Assembly: GCA_934486825.1 (NCBI GenBank)
Contig: CAKSQF010000003.1
Location: 25,771 to 89,770, forward strand
DNA length: 64,000 bases
Source of the DNA: an uncultured Eubacteriales bacterium
GTDB lineage: Bacteria; Bacillota; Clostridia; Oscillospirales; CAG-272
Direction: 5' to 3'
Both the position numbers and the translations under genes were made by a program. The notes beneath the pieces are model-generated. The model saw nothing but the letters and a program-made list of their open reading frames with translations. It ran no database searches and was not told where the DNA came from. Below, one piece after another: positions 35,201-44,330 of the stretch. Position 1 is the stretch's first letter. Each line of letters starts with the position of its first letter.

Positions 35201-35559
35201 GACTGCGAGTAATTATAGTCGTAATTTTCTTCGGCGCGGGAGGGAAATATGTAATATTCAAGGGTGCTGTTTTCCGAGACCGTTATGTTCTGACCGTCGG
35301 CGATGACGACTTCAAAACGCATCGGTTCCTTTTCGGGATGTCCGGATATTTTCAGCACTCCATCACCCGATATGCCTGTGTGTTCGTAGCCCACAAGGCT
35401 TTTGTCGGGACCGTCGCAGACCGACAGTCGGAGGTCGCAGGGGGACGGTGCGTCGTATGTGTACGACCGTCCGGAGTCAAATGAGTCAAAAAAAAGAGTT
35501 GTTTTTTCGAAAAACTTCGGCAGAAGCTTTTCGGTGCTGTCCGATATTATGCGTTTCAT
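32299..35559 (-). CDS. GH92-family alpha-mannosidase-like protein with an extra N-terminal module and a C-terminal discoidin-like domain
   Basis: GH92 hallmarks are GDEDNGEMSAWFILSALGFYP, NGFWDTYRTCWPAYSLL and LLPHGFNMYGP. ATG 35559 follows GAAAGGA. There is no signal peptide. The ORF is 1086 aa, against a typical length of about 750. Confidence 0.8.
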   Translation of the reverse strand: MKRIISDSTEKLLPKFFEKTTLFFDSFDSGRSYTYDAPSPCDLRLSVCDGPDKSLVGYEHTGISGDGVLKISGHPEKEPMRFEVVIADGQNITVSENSTLEYYIFPSRAEENYDYNYSQSFFSVDLYLSDGSRLSDKGICDGNGVHADPSSMGKSKRLYVCQWNKISVPLGALAGKTVTRTVISYDGPPKSSDFESFFDDISIYDRKPTERTRLCHYINILRGTNDSSSFSRGLTAPAVLLPHGFNMYGPITNHASDKHYDYLSRRFDSIGISHEPSIWIGDRGTWQFMINTSRLAGDGKGFATADMTNIFAHENELAFAHYYSVAFDEKGGDAADSMIEISPTDHGLIAMLSFGKSAVHHSVIFDCQNGSGGIAFDDDGSFTAFSDHKNNCSKTVYIYGTFSEKPISTAVCGKNAIASFSADKIYMTFATSYISYGQAKKNHDLELRGRTFESICADAADRWDGKLSCIDNIKGAAERDLENIYSGLYCLFKYPNSTAENIGTDKAPVYVYRSPYTDRVEEGEMMINNGFWDTYRTCWPAYSLLCPQDMPRLLNGFLKHYDDNGLIPRWSAPGGVNCMVGTSSDIIFADAAVKDFGFDIEKAYAAAYKNACVYSPTPTDGGRELLEKSIFLGWTPGSREGFSWSMEGYINDFGISVLAGLLLEHETDPERKSALAAERRYFENRAKNYRLLFVDGGDNIGDKWFRGREADGSLTSDNNYCGKFDPCFWGKDFTETDAYNMSASVPFDGAGLAALYGGRAELAKKLDSIFETKAYYRGYGACGEWDGIHEQREAREVKMGRYGHSNQPSHHLIYMYNFTDQPWKAQKYAREVLSRLYIGGDFGQGYPGDEDNGEMSAWFILSALGFYPLCLATGQYAIGSPLFDEVDLNIGGKKLHIVAENNSPENIYVRSVTINGKKSDRLFVTHDELASGGELRFVMGSTPSDFGKIMPFSLSEYGKDRQPAVDLTENAKISSDIQFADRLFDNCSLTETLIHDGDRITVVFASGVSIEMITLTSSEHAKDVGRISLKAYKNGSETENTVTLNGVSFDWGRETRPFEAKLAADRVVIEFSGETALSQIELLGHV

Positions 35560-35713
35560 CGGCACGATTCCTTTCGTATACTGTTGTCCGTGGCAAACGG
35601 TACCTATATGTATTATAACATCCTGCCGTGCCGATGTCAACAGAGCATGCCGCGATAGTCAAAAAAGCCAAAAAATTTTTTCTGATATTTATCAAAATTG
35701 TGGCATAAGCCTA

Positions 35714-35742
35714 TTGACATTGAGAAATGTTTATTGTATAAT
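35714..35742 (+). promoter_or_regulatory. sigma-A-type promoter of the pyr operon
   Basis: TTGACA (35714-35719), a 17-nt spacer, then TATAAT (35737-35742). Confidence 0.65.
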
Positions 35743-35799
35743 AACCGAGGCTTGGGGCAACTGCCCCGATGATAAACAGATAAAGAGGAGGTTGCCGTA

Positions 35800-37038
35800 A
35801 TGAAGAAGAAGCAGTCGGGTCTGATATCTGTTTATATAAACGGTGTTTTCATAAGGAAAGATATTTCGTCTGTTGTTTCCGTTTTCGGTGACAGCAGTAT
35901 TTTTTTGAATCCGGAGCGTTTCGCTCCCGGGTCTGATATCGCGGTTTTACCGGCTTTCTGTGATGTACATGTACATTTCAGAGAGCCGGGTTTTTCATAC
36001 AAGGAGGATATCGCGAGCGGATGCGCCGCCGCCGCGAGAGGCGGGTACACCGATGTGTGCACGATGCCGAATCTTGATCCTGTACCCGATTCGGTCGAGG
36101 CGATAAAGAAACAGCTTGATATAATCGGGAAAAGCGCGAAAATCGGCGTTCATCCGTATGCCTCTATAACAAAAAAAGAGGCTGGAAGCGAAATAGTCGA
36201 TATGGAAGAGCTTGCACCCTATTGCATTGCCTTTTCGGATGACGGCAGGGGTGTGCAGAGCGAGGACATGATGCGGCAGGCGATGATAAGAGCAAAATCG
36301 GTCGGGAAGATGATAGTCGCCCACTGCGAGGATGATCGGCTCAGAGGCGACGGCTACATCCACGACGGCGACTATTGCAGAGCGCACGGACACAGAGGAA
36401 TCGTCGGTGAAAGCGAATGGCGTCAGATCGAACGGGACATAAGGCTTGCGGCAGAGACAGAATGCAGCTATCACGTCTGCCATATATCGACCGCCGAGAG
36501 CGTAAGGCTTATAAGAGAGGCAAAAGCTTGCGGGATCGATATCAGTTGTGAAACGGCACCGCACTATCTGGTTCTGAACGACAGCATGCTCGAAGAGGAC
36601 GGCAGATTCAAGATGAACCCGCCGATAAGAAGCGAAGCCGACAGGGCAGCCCTGATCGAAGGCATAGCCGACGGCACGATCGACATGATCGCAACCGATC
36701 ACGCGCCGCATGCCGCATCCGAAAAATCGGGCGGGCTTGAAAAAAGCCTTATGGGTGTGGTCGGACTTGAAACCGCTTTTCCGGTACTTTATACCGAGCT
36801 TGTGAAGAAAAACATAATTACACTTGAAAAGCTGATCGGGCTGATGTCGGTTGCGCCGCGCAGGCGGTTCGGTCTGCCGGAGCGCGGAGATTTGTGCGTG
36901 TTCGATCTCGGGGCGGAGTACACCGTCGATCCCGCCGAATTTGCGGGCAGGGGCAGAAGCACGCCGTTTGAAGGAAGAAGAGTGTTCGGAAAGAATCTGT
37001 TGACTGTATGCGGAGGTAAGATTGTATGGCAGGCATGA
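35800..37038 (+). CDS. pyrC: dihydroorotase
   Basis: DVHVHFREPG metal-binding motif, DMIATDHAPH, and pyr operon context. Confidence 0.9.
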   Translation: MKKKQSGLISVYINGVFIRKDISSVVSVFGDSSIFLNPERFAPGSDIAVLPAFCDVHVHFREPGFSYKEDIASGCAAAARGGYTDVCTMPNLDPVPDSVEAIKKQLDIIGKSAKIGVHPYASITKKEAGSEIVDMEELAPYCIAFSDDGRGVQSEDMMRQAMIRAKSVGKMIVAHCEDDRLRGDGYIHDGDYCRAHGHRGIVGESEWRQIERDIRLAAETECSYHVCHISTAESVRLIREAKACGIDISCETAPHYLVLNDSMLEEDGRFKMNPPIRSEADRAALIEGIADGTIDMIATDHAPHAASEKSGGLEKSLMGVVGLETAFPVLYTELVKKNIITLEKLIGLMSVAPRRRFGLPERGDLCVFDLGAEYTVDPAEFAGRGRSTPFEGRRVFGKNLLTVCGGKIVWQA

Positions 37039-38120
37039 AAAAGAGAAAGATAGTTTTTGAAAACGGGGAAGAATATTACGGTGAATCGTTCGGAAGCGAT
37101 GCCGAGGCGGTCTGCGAGATAGTGTTCAACACTTCGATGGTGGGCTATCAGGAGATAATCTCCGACCCGTCCTACACCGATCAGGCGATAGTGATGACAT
37201 ATCCGCTGATAGGCAACTACGGAACCGCCGACGAGGATTACGAGACCAAGCTTCCGACCGCGGGCGGACTGATTGTGAGAGAGTACAACGATCTGCCGTC
37301 GAATTTCAGATACACGAAAACGCTGTCCGAGGTAATGGAGGAATACAGGATCCCCGGAATAAGCGGAGTGGATACGCGGAAGCTTACGAGAAGTATAAGA
37401 GATGCGGGAAGCAGAAGAGTGGCGATCACCGATGCCGATACCCCGACAGAGCGCGCCGTGGAGCTGATAAGAAACACTCCTGTTCCGCACGACGCGGTCG
37501 CGAGGGTCAGCTGTAAAAAAAGATGGTATTCGAGAACCGCAAACGCCGCCTACAATGTGGTTGCGGTAGACTGCGGAATAAAGCTCAACATAATCCGCTC
37601 GCTCAATGCAAGGGGATGCAACGTTACGGTGGTTCCGTACAACACACAGCTTTCCGAGATCGAAAAAATGCGCCCGGACGGAATTTTTCTTTCGAACGGA
37701 CCCGGCGACCCGCAGGACGTCGGCGAGGTGATCGGGCTCGTCAGGCAGGTCAGGGGAAAATATCCGCTGTTCGGTATCTGTCTCGGTCACCAGCTTATAA
37801 GCCTTGCCTGCGGAGCAGAGACCTACAAGCTCAAATTCGGACACAGGGGAGGCAATCACCCGGTAAAGAATCTTTGCACCGGAAAGGTTGAGATAACATC
37901 GCAGAATCACAGCTTTGCGGTAAGAGAAGAGAGCCTTGCGGGAACCGGACTTGAAATTACGCATGTCAATCTGCTTGACGGGACGGTTGAAGGGGTCCGC
38001 GACAGAGAATCCGGGATGTTCAGCGTCCAGTATCATCCGGAAAGCGCACCCGGTCCGCAGGACAGCGCGTATCTGTTTGACAGCTTTATTGCAATGATGG
38101 AGGGAAAAGCGAATGCCTAA
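37026..38120 (+). CDS. carA: carbamoyl-phosphate synthase small (glutaminase) subunit
   Basis: FNTSMVGYQEIISDPSY, GICLGHQL catalytic Cys, and QYHPES. Confidence 0.92.
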   Translation: MAGMKKRKIVFENGEEYYGESFGSDAEAVCEIVFNTSMVGYQEIISDPSYTDQAIVMTYPLIGNYGTADEDYETKLPTAGGLIVREYNDLPSNFRYTKTLSEVMEEYRIPGISGVDTRKLTRSIRDAGSRRVAITDADTPTERAVELIRNTPVPHDAVARVSCKKRWYSRTANAAYNVVAVDCGIKLNIIRSLNARGCNVTVVPYNTQLSEIEKMRPDGIFLSNGPGDPQDVGEVIGLVRQVRGKYPLFGICLGHQLISLACGAETYKLKFGHRGGNHPVKNLCTGKVEITSQNHSFAVREESLAGTGLEITHVNLLDGTVEGVRDRESGMFSVQYHPESAPGPQDSAYLFDSFIAMMEGKANA

Positions 38121-41100
38121 GAGAACTGATCTGAAGAAAATACTTGTCATCGGCTCGGGTCCGATAGTGATCGGGCAGGCGGCGGAGTTTGACTATGCGG
38201 GAACGCAGGCGTGTCTCGCGCTCAAGGAGGAGGGTTACGAGGTAATACTCTGTAATTCGAACCCCGCGACAATAATGACCGATACGTCGATCGCAGACAA
38301 GGTCTATATGGAGCCGCTGAATCTTGAATATCTTGCAAGAATAATCAGATATGAGCGTCCGGACGCAATAGTTCCCGGAATCGGAGGTCAGACCGGACTC
38401 AATCTCGCAATGCAGCTTGAAAAAAAGGGAATTTTGCGCGAATGTAACACGGTTTTGCTCGGCACAAGCAGTGAAAGCATAGAGCGCGCGGAGGATCGCG
38501 AGCTTTTCAAGGAGCTTTGCGAACAGCTCGGCGAGCCGGTACTGCGTTCGCGGATTGCCGAAAGCATAAGCGACGGACTTCTCGCGGCGGAGGAGATCGG
38601 ATATCCCGTCGTACTGCGCCCCGCCTTCACGCTCGGCGGGACGGGCGGCGGATTTGCCGATGACCCGGACGAATGTGCCGAGCTTCTGCGCGGTGCGCTT
38701 GAACTTTCGCCGGTACATCAGGTGCTTGTCGAAAAGAGCATAAAAGGCTATAAGGAAATAGAATACGAGGTTATCAGAGACGCAAACGACACGGCGATAA
38801 CCGTCTGCAACATGGAAAACATCGATCCCGTGGGCATCCATACCGGTGACTCTGTTGTCGTATGCCCGTCGCAGACGCTCACAAACAAGGAGTATCACAT
38901 GCTCCGCGACAGCGCGTTGCGCATCATCAGGGCGCTGAAAATAGAGGGAGGATGCAATGTGCAGTTTGCGCTTGATCCGCTGTCGTTCAGATATTATCTG
39001 ATCGAGGTGAATCCGAGAGTTTCGCGCTCGTCGGCGCTTGCAAGCAAGGCAAGCGGTTACCCGATAGCGAGAGTCAGTGCAAAGATCGCCGTCGGCATGC
39101 ATCTTGACGAAATAATGATAGCGAACACTCCCGCCTCGTTCGAGCCGACGCTTGATTATGTGGTCACGAAAATGCCGCGCTTCCCGTTTGATAAATTTTC
39201 GTCGGCAAACAACAAACTGTCAACCCAGATGAAGGCGACCGGAGAGGTTATGAGCGTCGGCAGGACGATCGAAGAGAGTCTGCTCAAGGCGGTGAGATCG
39301 CTTGAGATCGGTGTCGATCATCTCTATATGAAAAAATTCGACGAAGCGGGGGATGAAGAACTGCTTTCGTACATCAAGGACGGAACCGATGACCGTCTGT
39401 GGGCAATTGCCGAGCTGATGCGCAGAGAGACCGATATGGGTATGATCTGCGAGGCAACGAAGATAGATATGCTCTTCCTTGAAAAGCTCTCCAATATAGT
39501 CAGGGAGGAAAAGAGGCTGTCGGATAATGTCGGTGATGAAAAGCTTCTTCGCGAGGCGAAGCGTATGGGATTTTCCGACCGCGCGGTCGCGAGACTCTGG
39601 AGAACGACCGAGGACGAGGTATATGCAATGCGCGAAAAGCTCGGGCTTTTCCCGGTCTACAAGATGATCGATACCTGCGCATCCGAATTTGACAGCTATA
39701 TCCCATACTTCTATTCGACCTATGAAGACGAAAACGAATCGGTGGTTTCCGACAGAAAGAAAATAGTAGTTCTCGGATCGGGACCGATACGCATAGGGCA
39801 GGGCGTGGAATTCGACTATTCGACCGTCCACGCGGTTACGACCATAAAGAAATCGGGATATGAGGCAATAATCATAAACAACAACCCGGAAACGGTGTCA
39901 ACCGACTATACCTGCTCGGATAAGCTCTATTTTGAACCGCTCTGCGTCGAAGATGTCATGAATATAATTCATCTTGAAAATCCGATCGGGATTGTCGCCT
40001 CACTCGGAGGTCAGACCGCAATAAATCTGTCCGACAGACTCGCACGGCGCGGGGTAAGGATAATAGGGACCGACTGTGAGGCGATCGACAAAGCCGAAAA
40101 CCGTGAGCTTTTCGAAAAGCTTCTTCTTGAACTCGGTATTCCGCAGCCTCCCGGAAGAGCGGTTACAAAAATCTCCGACGGACTTTGCGCGGCAAAAGAG
40201 GTCGGATATCCGGTGCTCGTGCGCCCGTCTTTCGTACTCGGAGGCAGGGCTATGCAGATAGTTGCCGACGGAGATCAGCTTTGCAGATATCTGCGCACGG
40301 CAGTTGAGATCGATGAGGATAAGCCGGTGCTTGTCGATAAGTATATCGTCGGCAAGGAACTTGAGGTCGATGCAATATGCGACGGCAGGGATGTCTTTGT
40401 GCCCGGGATAATGGAGCTTGTCGAACGCACGGGTATTCACAGCGGCGATTCTATAAGCGTATACCCGACCTTCAGCGTCAGCGACAGAGTCAGGGAAACG
40501 ATTCTTGATTATACAAGACGGCTCGGACTCGGCATCGGTATCGTCGGTCTGTACAACATACAGTTTATCGTGGACAAATCAGAAAATGTCTATATAATCG
40601 AGGTAAATCCGCGCTCGTCGAGAACGGTTCCGTTTCTCTCAAAGGCGACCGGCTTCCCGCTTGCCGATATTGCGACAAAGGTGATGCTCGGGGAGTCGCT
40701 TGCGGCTCAGAAGCTTGACCGACCGCAGCCGACGCGCAAAAACCGCTGGTACGTGAAGGCTCCCGCCTTCTCCTTCTCAAAGCTCCGCGGACTTGACGCA
40801 TACCTGTCGCCCGAGATGAAGTCCACGGGCGAGGCGATAGGCTATGACAGCAGTCTGACGAGAGCGCTTTACAAGGCGCTAAAGGCAAGCGGAATGAGCG
40901 TCACGAATTACGGAACCGTGCTTGTGACCGTTGCGGACGGCGACAAGGAGGAGGCGCTTCCGCTGATACGCAGATTCTATAATCTCGGCTTCAACATTCA
41001 GGCGACCGAGGGAACCGCGCTCTTTTTGAAGAAGAACGGGATAAGGACTCACATGCTCGGCAAGATATCCGAAGGAAGCAGTGAGATTCCCGAGGCAATC

Positions 41101-41292
41101 AGACAGGGCTATGTGACCTATGTTATAAACACGAGAGACGTAAGCTCGTCGGATGTGCTTTCGGACGGACATGAGATCAGACGCTGTGCCGTAGAAAACA
41201 ATGTTACGATGTTCACATCTCTTGATACGGTAAGGGTAATGCTCGATGTGCTTGAAGAGATGACCCTCGGCATATCGACAATCGACGCATGA
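38113..41292 (+). CDS. carB: carbamoyl-phosphate synthase large subunit
   Basis: KKILVIGSGPIVIGQAAEFDYAGTQA, a duplicated ATP-grasp halves arrangement, and a C-terminal MGS-like domain. The ORF is 1059 aa. Confidence 0.95.
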   Translation: MPKRTDLKKILVIGSGPIVIGQAAEFDYAGTQACLALKEEGYEVILCNSNPATIMTDTSIADKVYMEPLNLEYLARIIRYERPDAIVPGIGGQTGLNLAMQLEKKGILRECNTVLLGTSSESIERAEDRELFKELCEQLGEPVLRSRIAESISDGLLAAEEIGYPVVLRPAFTLGGTGGGFADDPDECAELLRGALELSPVHQVLVEKSIKGYKEIEYEVIRDANDTAITVCNMENIDPVGIHTGDSVVVCPSQTLTNKEYHMLRDSALRIIRALKIEGGCNVQFALDPLSFRYYLIEVNPRVSRSSALASKASGYPIARVSAKIAVGMHLDEIMIANTPASFEPTLDYVVTKMPRFPFDKFSSANNKLSTQMKATGEVMSVGRTIEESLLKAVRSLEIGVDHLYMKKFDEAGDEELLSYIKDGTDDRLWAIAELMRRETDMGMICEATKIDMLFLEKLSNIVREEKRLSDNVGDEKLLREAKRMGFSDRAVARLWRTTEDEVYAMREKLGLFPVYKMIDTCASEFDSYIPYFYSTYEDENESVVSDRKKIVVLGSGPIRIGQGVEFDYSTVHAVTTIKKSGYEAIIINNNPETVSTDYTCSDKLYFEPLCVEDVMNIIHLENPIGIVASLGGQTAINLSDRLARRGVRIIGTDCEAIDKAENRELFEKLLLELGIPQPPGRAVTKISDGLCAAKEVGYPVLVRPSFVLGGRAMQIVADGDQLCRYLRTAVEIDEDKPVLVDKYIVGKELEVDAICDGRDVFVPGIMELVERTGIHSGDSISVYPTFSVSDRVRETILDYTRRLGLGIGIVGLYNIQFIVDKSENVYIIEVNPRSSRTVPFLSKATGFPLADIATKVMLGESLAAQKLDRPQPTRKNRWYVKAPAFSFSKLRGLDAYLSPEMKSTGEAIGYDSSLTRALYKALKASGMSVTNYGTVLVTVADGDKEEALPLIRRFYNLGFNIQATEGTALFLKKNGIRTHMLGKISEGSSEIPEAIRQGYVTYVINTRDVSSSDVLSDGHEIRRCAVENNVTMFTSLDTVRVMLDVLEEMTLGISTIDA

Positions 41293-41306
41293 AAAGGAGT
41301 GACCGG

Positions 41307-42038
41307 ATGAAACAGGATATGTATCTGATTATACACAATAAGGAAATTGCGCCGTCGGTGTTCGAAATGACTGTCGAAGGCGACGGAACGCCGATAAAAA
41401 GACCCGGGCAGTTTGTAAATATAAAGCTCGACGGCTTTTTTCTGCGCAGACCGATTTCGGTGTGCGACTATGATGAAAAAAAGATAAAGCTGATATACAA
41501 AATCGTCGGCGGTGGAACCGAAAAGCTTGCCGGGATGAAAGAAGGAGAGAGACTTGACATGCTTGTCGGGCTCGGAAACGGGTTTGACATCCGGACTTCC
41601 GGGGATACCCCTCTTCTGATAGGCGGCGGTGTGGGAGTCCCTCCGCTCTACGGACTTTGCAAAAAACTTGTCGCAGAGGGCAAGAGACCGTCGGTGATAC
41701 TCGGCTTCAACAAGGCTGACGAAATCTTTTACGAAAAAGAATTTTCGGCACTTTCGGACAGGGTAATTATTACAACGGTTGACGGGAGCAGGGGCATAAA
41801 GGGGTTTGTGACCGCCGCGATGAACGATATCCCATACAGTTATATTTACACCTGCGGACCGAAGGCAATGCTTTCGGCGGTAAGTGCGGCGGCAAAGACA
41901 AGCGGACAGTTCAGTCTTGAAGAGAGAATGGGCTGCGGTTTCGGTGCGTGTATGGGATGCACCTGCAAAACAAAGAGCGGAGCGAAGCGGGTCTGCCGCG
42001 AGGGTCCGGTATTTGTCAGGGAGGAGATCGAATGGTGA
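41307..42038 (+). CDS. pyrK: dihydroorotate dehydrogenase electron-transfer subunit
   Basis: FAD/NAD-binding fold with GGGVGVPPLY, and a C-terminal 2Fe-2S Cys cluster CGFGACMGCTC. ATG 41307 follows AAAGGAG. Confidence 0.88.
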   Translation: MKQDMYLIIHNKEIAPSVFEMTVEGDGTPIKRPGQFVNIKLDGFFLRRPISVCDYDEKKIKLIYKIVGGGTEKLAGMKEGERLDMLVGLGNGFDIRTSGDTPLLIGGGVGVPPLYGLCKKLVAEGKRPSVILGFNKADEIFYEKEFSALSDRVIITTVDGSRGIKGFVTAAMNDIPYSYIYTCGPKAMLSAVSAAAKTSGQFSLEERMGCGFGACMGCTCKTKSGAKRVCREGPVFVREEIEW

Positions 42039-42946
42039 ATACAAAAATCAGACTGTGCGGCAGAGAGCTTGACAATCCGGTGATACCGGCAAGCGGTACA
42101 TTCGGGTACGGCTACGAATTTGCGGAGCTTTACGACATAAACTGCCTCGGGAGCCTTTCGTTCAAGGGTACGACGAGAGAAGCGCGCTTCGGAAACCCCA
42201 CGCCCCGTATTGCCGAATGCAGCTCGGGTATGCTGAACTCGGTCGGATTGCAGAATCCCGGAGTCGAAGCGGTGATCGCAGAGGAGCTTCCCAAGCTGAG
42301 AAGTTGTTTTCACAAGCCGGTAATGGCGAACGTGAGCGGATTTTCGACAGAGGATTATGTTTACACGGTCGAAAGACTGGACGGCGAAGATAATATAGGG
42401 TGGTTTGAGATAAATATTTCCTGCCCGAATGTTCACGGCGGCGGTCTGGCGTTCGGGACCGATCCGAAAAATGCCGCGTCGGTCACGGCGGCTGTCAGGA
42501 AAGTTACCGCAAAGCCGGTCATAATAAAGCTGTCGCCGAATGTGACCGATATAACCGCGATCGCAAAGGCGTGCGAGGATGCGGGAGCCGACGGCATATC
42601 GCTCATAAATACGCTTGTCGGGATGAGAATCGACCCGAAAACGAGAAAACCGATCCTTGCGGTCGGTTCGGGCGGTCTGTCCGGACCCGCAGTCAAGCCG
42701 GTTGCGGTAAACATGGTGTACAAGGTCTATGAGTCGGTAAAAATTCCGATAGTCGGAATGGGCGGCATTGCGACTGCGGAGGATGTGATCGAATTCATGC
42801 TCGCCGGAGCGACCGCGGTCGAGGTCGGCGCAGCAAATCTCGTCGATCCGTTTGCATGCAAAAAAATAATCGACCGCCTGCCCGAAGTAATGAGAAAATA
42901 TAATATACAGAGTCTTGAAGAAATAACGGGAGGAGCACACAGATGA
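42032..42946 (+). CDS. pyrD: dihydroorotate dehydrogenase 1B, catalytic subunit
   Basis: NPVIPASGTFGYG, NISCPNVHGGG, and GMGGIATAEDVIEF. The start overlaps the pyrK stop (ATGGTGA). Confidence 0.92.
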   Translation: MVNTKIRLCGRELDNPVIPASGTFGYGYEFAELYDINCLGSLSFKGTTREARFGNPTPRIAECSSGMLNSVGLQNPGVEAVIAEELPKLRSCFHKPVMANVSGFSTEDYVYTVERLDGEDNIGWFEINISCPNVHGGGLAFGTDPKNAASVTAAVRKVTAKPVIIKLSPNVTDITAIAKACEDAGADGISLINTLVGMRIDPKTRKPILAVGSGGLSGPAVKPVAVNMVYKVYESVKIPIVGMGGIATAEDVIEFMLAGATAVEVGAANLVDPFACKKIIDRLPEVMRKYNIQSLEEITGGAHR

Positions 42947-43665
42947 AGGATGTAATTATTGCCTGCGATTTTCCGGGCAGAACCGAATGTCTTGACTTTC
43001 TTGACATGTTCAGAGAAGAAAAGCCGTTTGTCAAAATCGGAATGGAGCTGTTCTATTCGGCGGGACCTGACATAGTGCGGGAGATAAAGGGCAGGGGTCA
43101 CAGAATATTTCTCGACCTCAAGCTGCACGATATCCCGAATACCGTGAAAAGATCGATGGCGGTCCTTTCGGGACTTGATGTTGACATGTGCAACCTCCAC
43201 GCCGCGGGTACGATCCCGATGATGCGTGCGGCGCTTGAAGGACTTACACGTCCCGACGGCACAAGACCGCTGCTTATCGCGGTCACACAGCTCACATCGA
43301 CAAGCGAGGAAGCAATGCACAGCGATCTGCTTATAGATGGGGATATGCAGAGCGTCGTTATGCACTACGCAAAAAATGCGGCGATCGCGGGACTTGACGG
43401 AGTGGTCTGCTCGCCGCTCGAAGCGGAAAGCGTGCACCGGGTCTGCGGAAGCGGGTTTCTTACGGTTACCCCGGGAATCCGGTTTGCAGACGGCGAAAAG
43501 GGCGACCAGTCGAGGGTCACGACACCCGAAAAGGCAAGAGAACTCGGAAGCGATTATATAGTGGTCGGCAGACCGATAACGGCGGCAGCCGATCCTGTTA
43601 TGGCATACAGACGCTGTGTGCGCGAATTTGTCGGAACAAAAACAGATATAAACGAAAGGATATGA
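42943..43665 (+). CDS. pyrF: orotidine-5'-phosphate decarboxylase
   Basis: IIACDFP..., FLDLKLHDIPNTV, and IVVGRPIT. Confidence 0.92.
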   Translation: MKDVIIACDFPGRTECLDFLDMFREEKPFVKIGMELFYSAGPDIVREIKGRGHRIFLDLKLHDIPNTVKRSMAVLSGLDVDMCNLHAAGTIPMMRAALEGLTRPDGTRPLLIAVTQLTSTSEEAMHSDLLIDGDMQSVVMHYAKNAAIAGLDGVVCSPLEAESVHRVCGSGFLTVTPGIRFADGEKGDQSRVTTPEKARELGSDYIVVGRPITAAADPVMAYRRCVREFVGTKTDINERI

Positions 43666-43670
43666 GCAAA

Positions 43671-44330
43671 ATGACAGACACAAAGAAGCTGATTGCAAAA
43701 GATCTTCTGAAGATAGGAGCGGTATTTTTCCGTCCCGAAGAGCCGTTTACATGGGCAAGCGGAATAAAGAGTCCGGTGTATTGCGATAACAGACTGACAC
43801 TGACCGCGCCCGATGTGAGAAATGACGTTGAAAATGCGCTTGCCGAAACGGTAAAAACATTTTATCCGGATGCCGAGGTTCTGATGGGTACGTCAACCGC
43901 GGGAATTGCTCACGCCGCAATTACCGCACATCTGCTCGGTATGCCGATGGGATATGTAAGATCGGGCAATAAGGATCACGGGCGTCAGAACCGTATCGAA
44001 GGGCGGCTTGAACCCGGGCAGAAGACAGTGATAATCGAAGATCTTATCTCTACCGGCGGAAGCGTCATAGAGGTGGCTGAAGCGCTCAGAGAGGCGGGAG
44101 CCGAGGTTCTCGGAATTGCCTCGATCTTCACATACGGCATGAAGAAGGGAATCGACCGCCTCGGAGAGGCGGGACTTAAAAACGTGAGCCTGACAGATTT
44201 TGATTCGGTCGCCGGGGTTGCCGCCGAGACGGGATATATAAAGAAGGAAGATATTGCGCGGCTGATCGCGTTCCGCGATAATCCGTCGGATGAAAGCTGG
44301 ATAAACCGTGCGGGGAGCGGGAACAGATGA
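43671..44330 (+). CDS. pyrE: orotate phosphoribosyltransferase
   Basis: [22 protein letters not shown] and the PRPP motif [12 protein letters not shown]. An alternative ATG at 43662 overlaps the pyrF stop. Confidence 0.9.
   Translation: MTDTKKLIAKDLLKIGAVFFRPEEPFTWASGIKSPVYCDNRLTLTAPDVRNDVENALAETVKTFYPDAEVLMGTSTAGIAHAAITAHLLGMPMGYVRSGNKDHGRQNRIEGRLEPGQKTVIIEDLISTGGSVIEVAEALREAGAEVLGIASIFTYGMKKGIDRLGEAGLKNVSLTDFDSVAGVAAETGYIKKEDIARLIAFRDNPSDESWINRAGSGNR

Noticed and set aside
35743-35799. The GGGGCA-AC-UGCCCC hairpin in the pyr leader could be a PyrR attenuator.
   Set aside because: No U-tract follows, the loop is too small, and the PyrR-binding consensus is absent. It is too short for terminator/antiterminator alternatives.
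38086-43698. Several long antisense ORFs lie opposite carB, pyrK, pyrD and pyrF: 38086-39102, 41118-42044, 41846-42940 and 42727-43698.
   Set aside because: All lie inside unambiguous pyr genes and are rich in Arg, Ser and Cys with no motifs. This is the typical stop-codon-poor reverse frame of GC-rich coding DNA.
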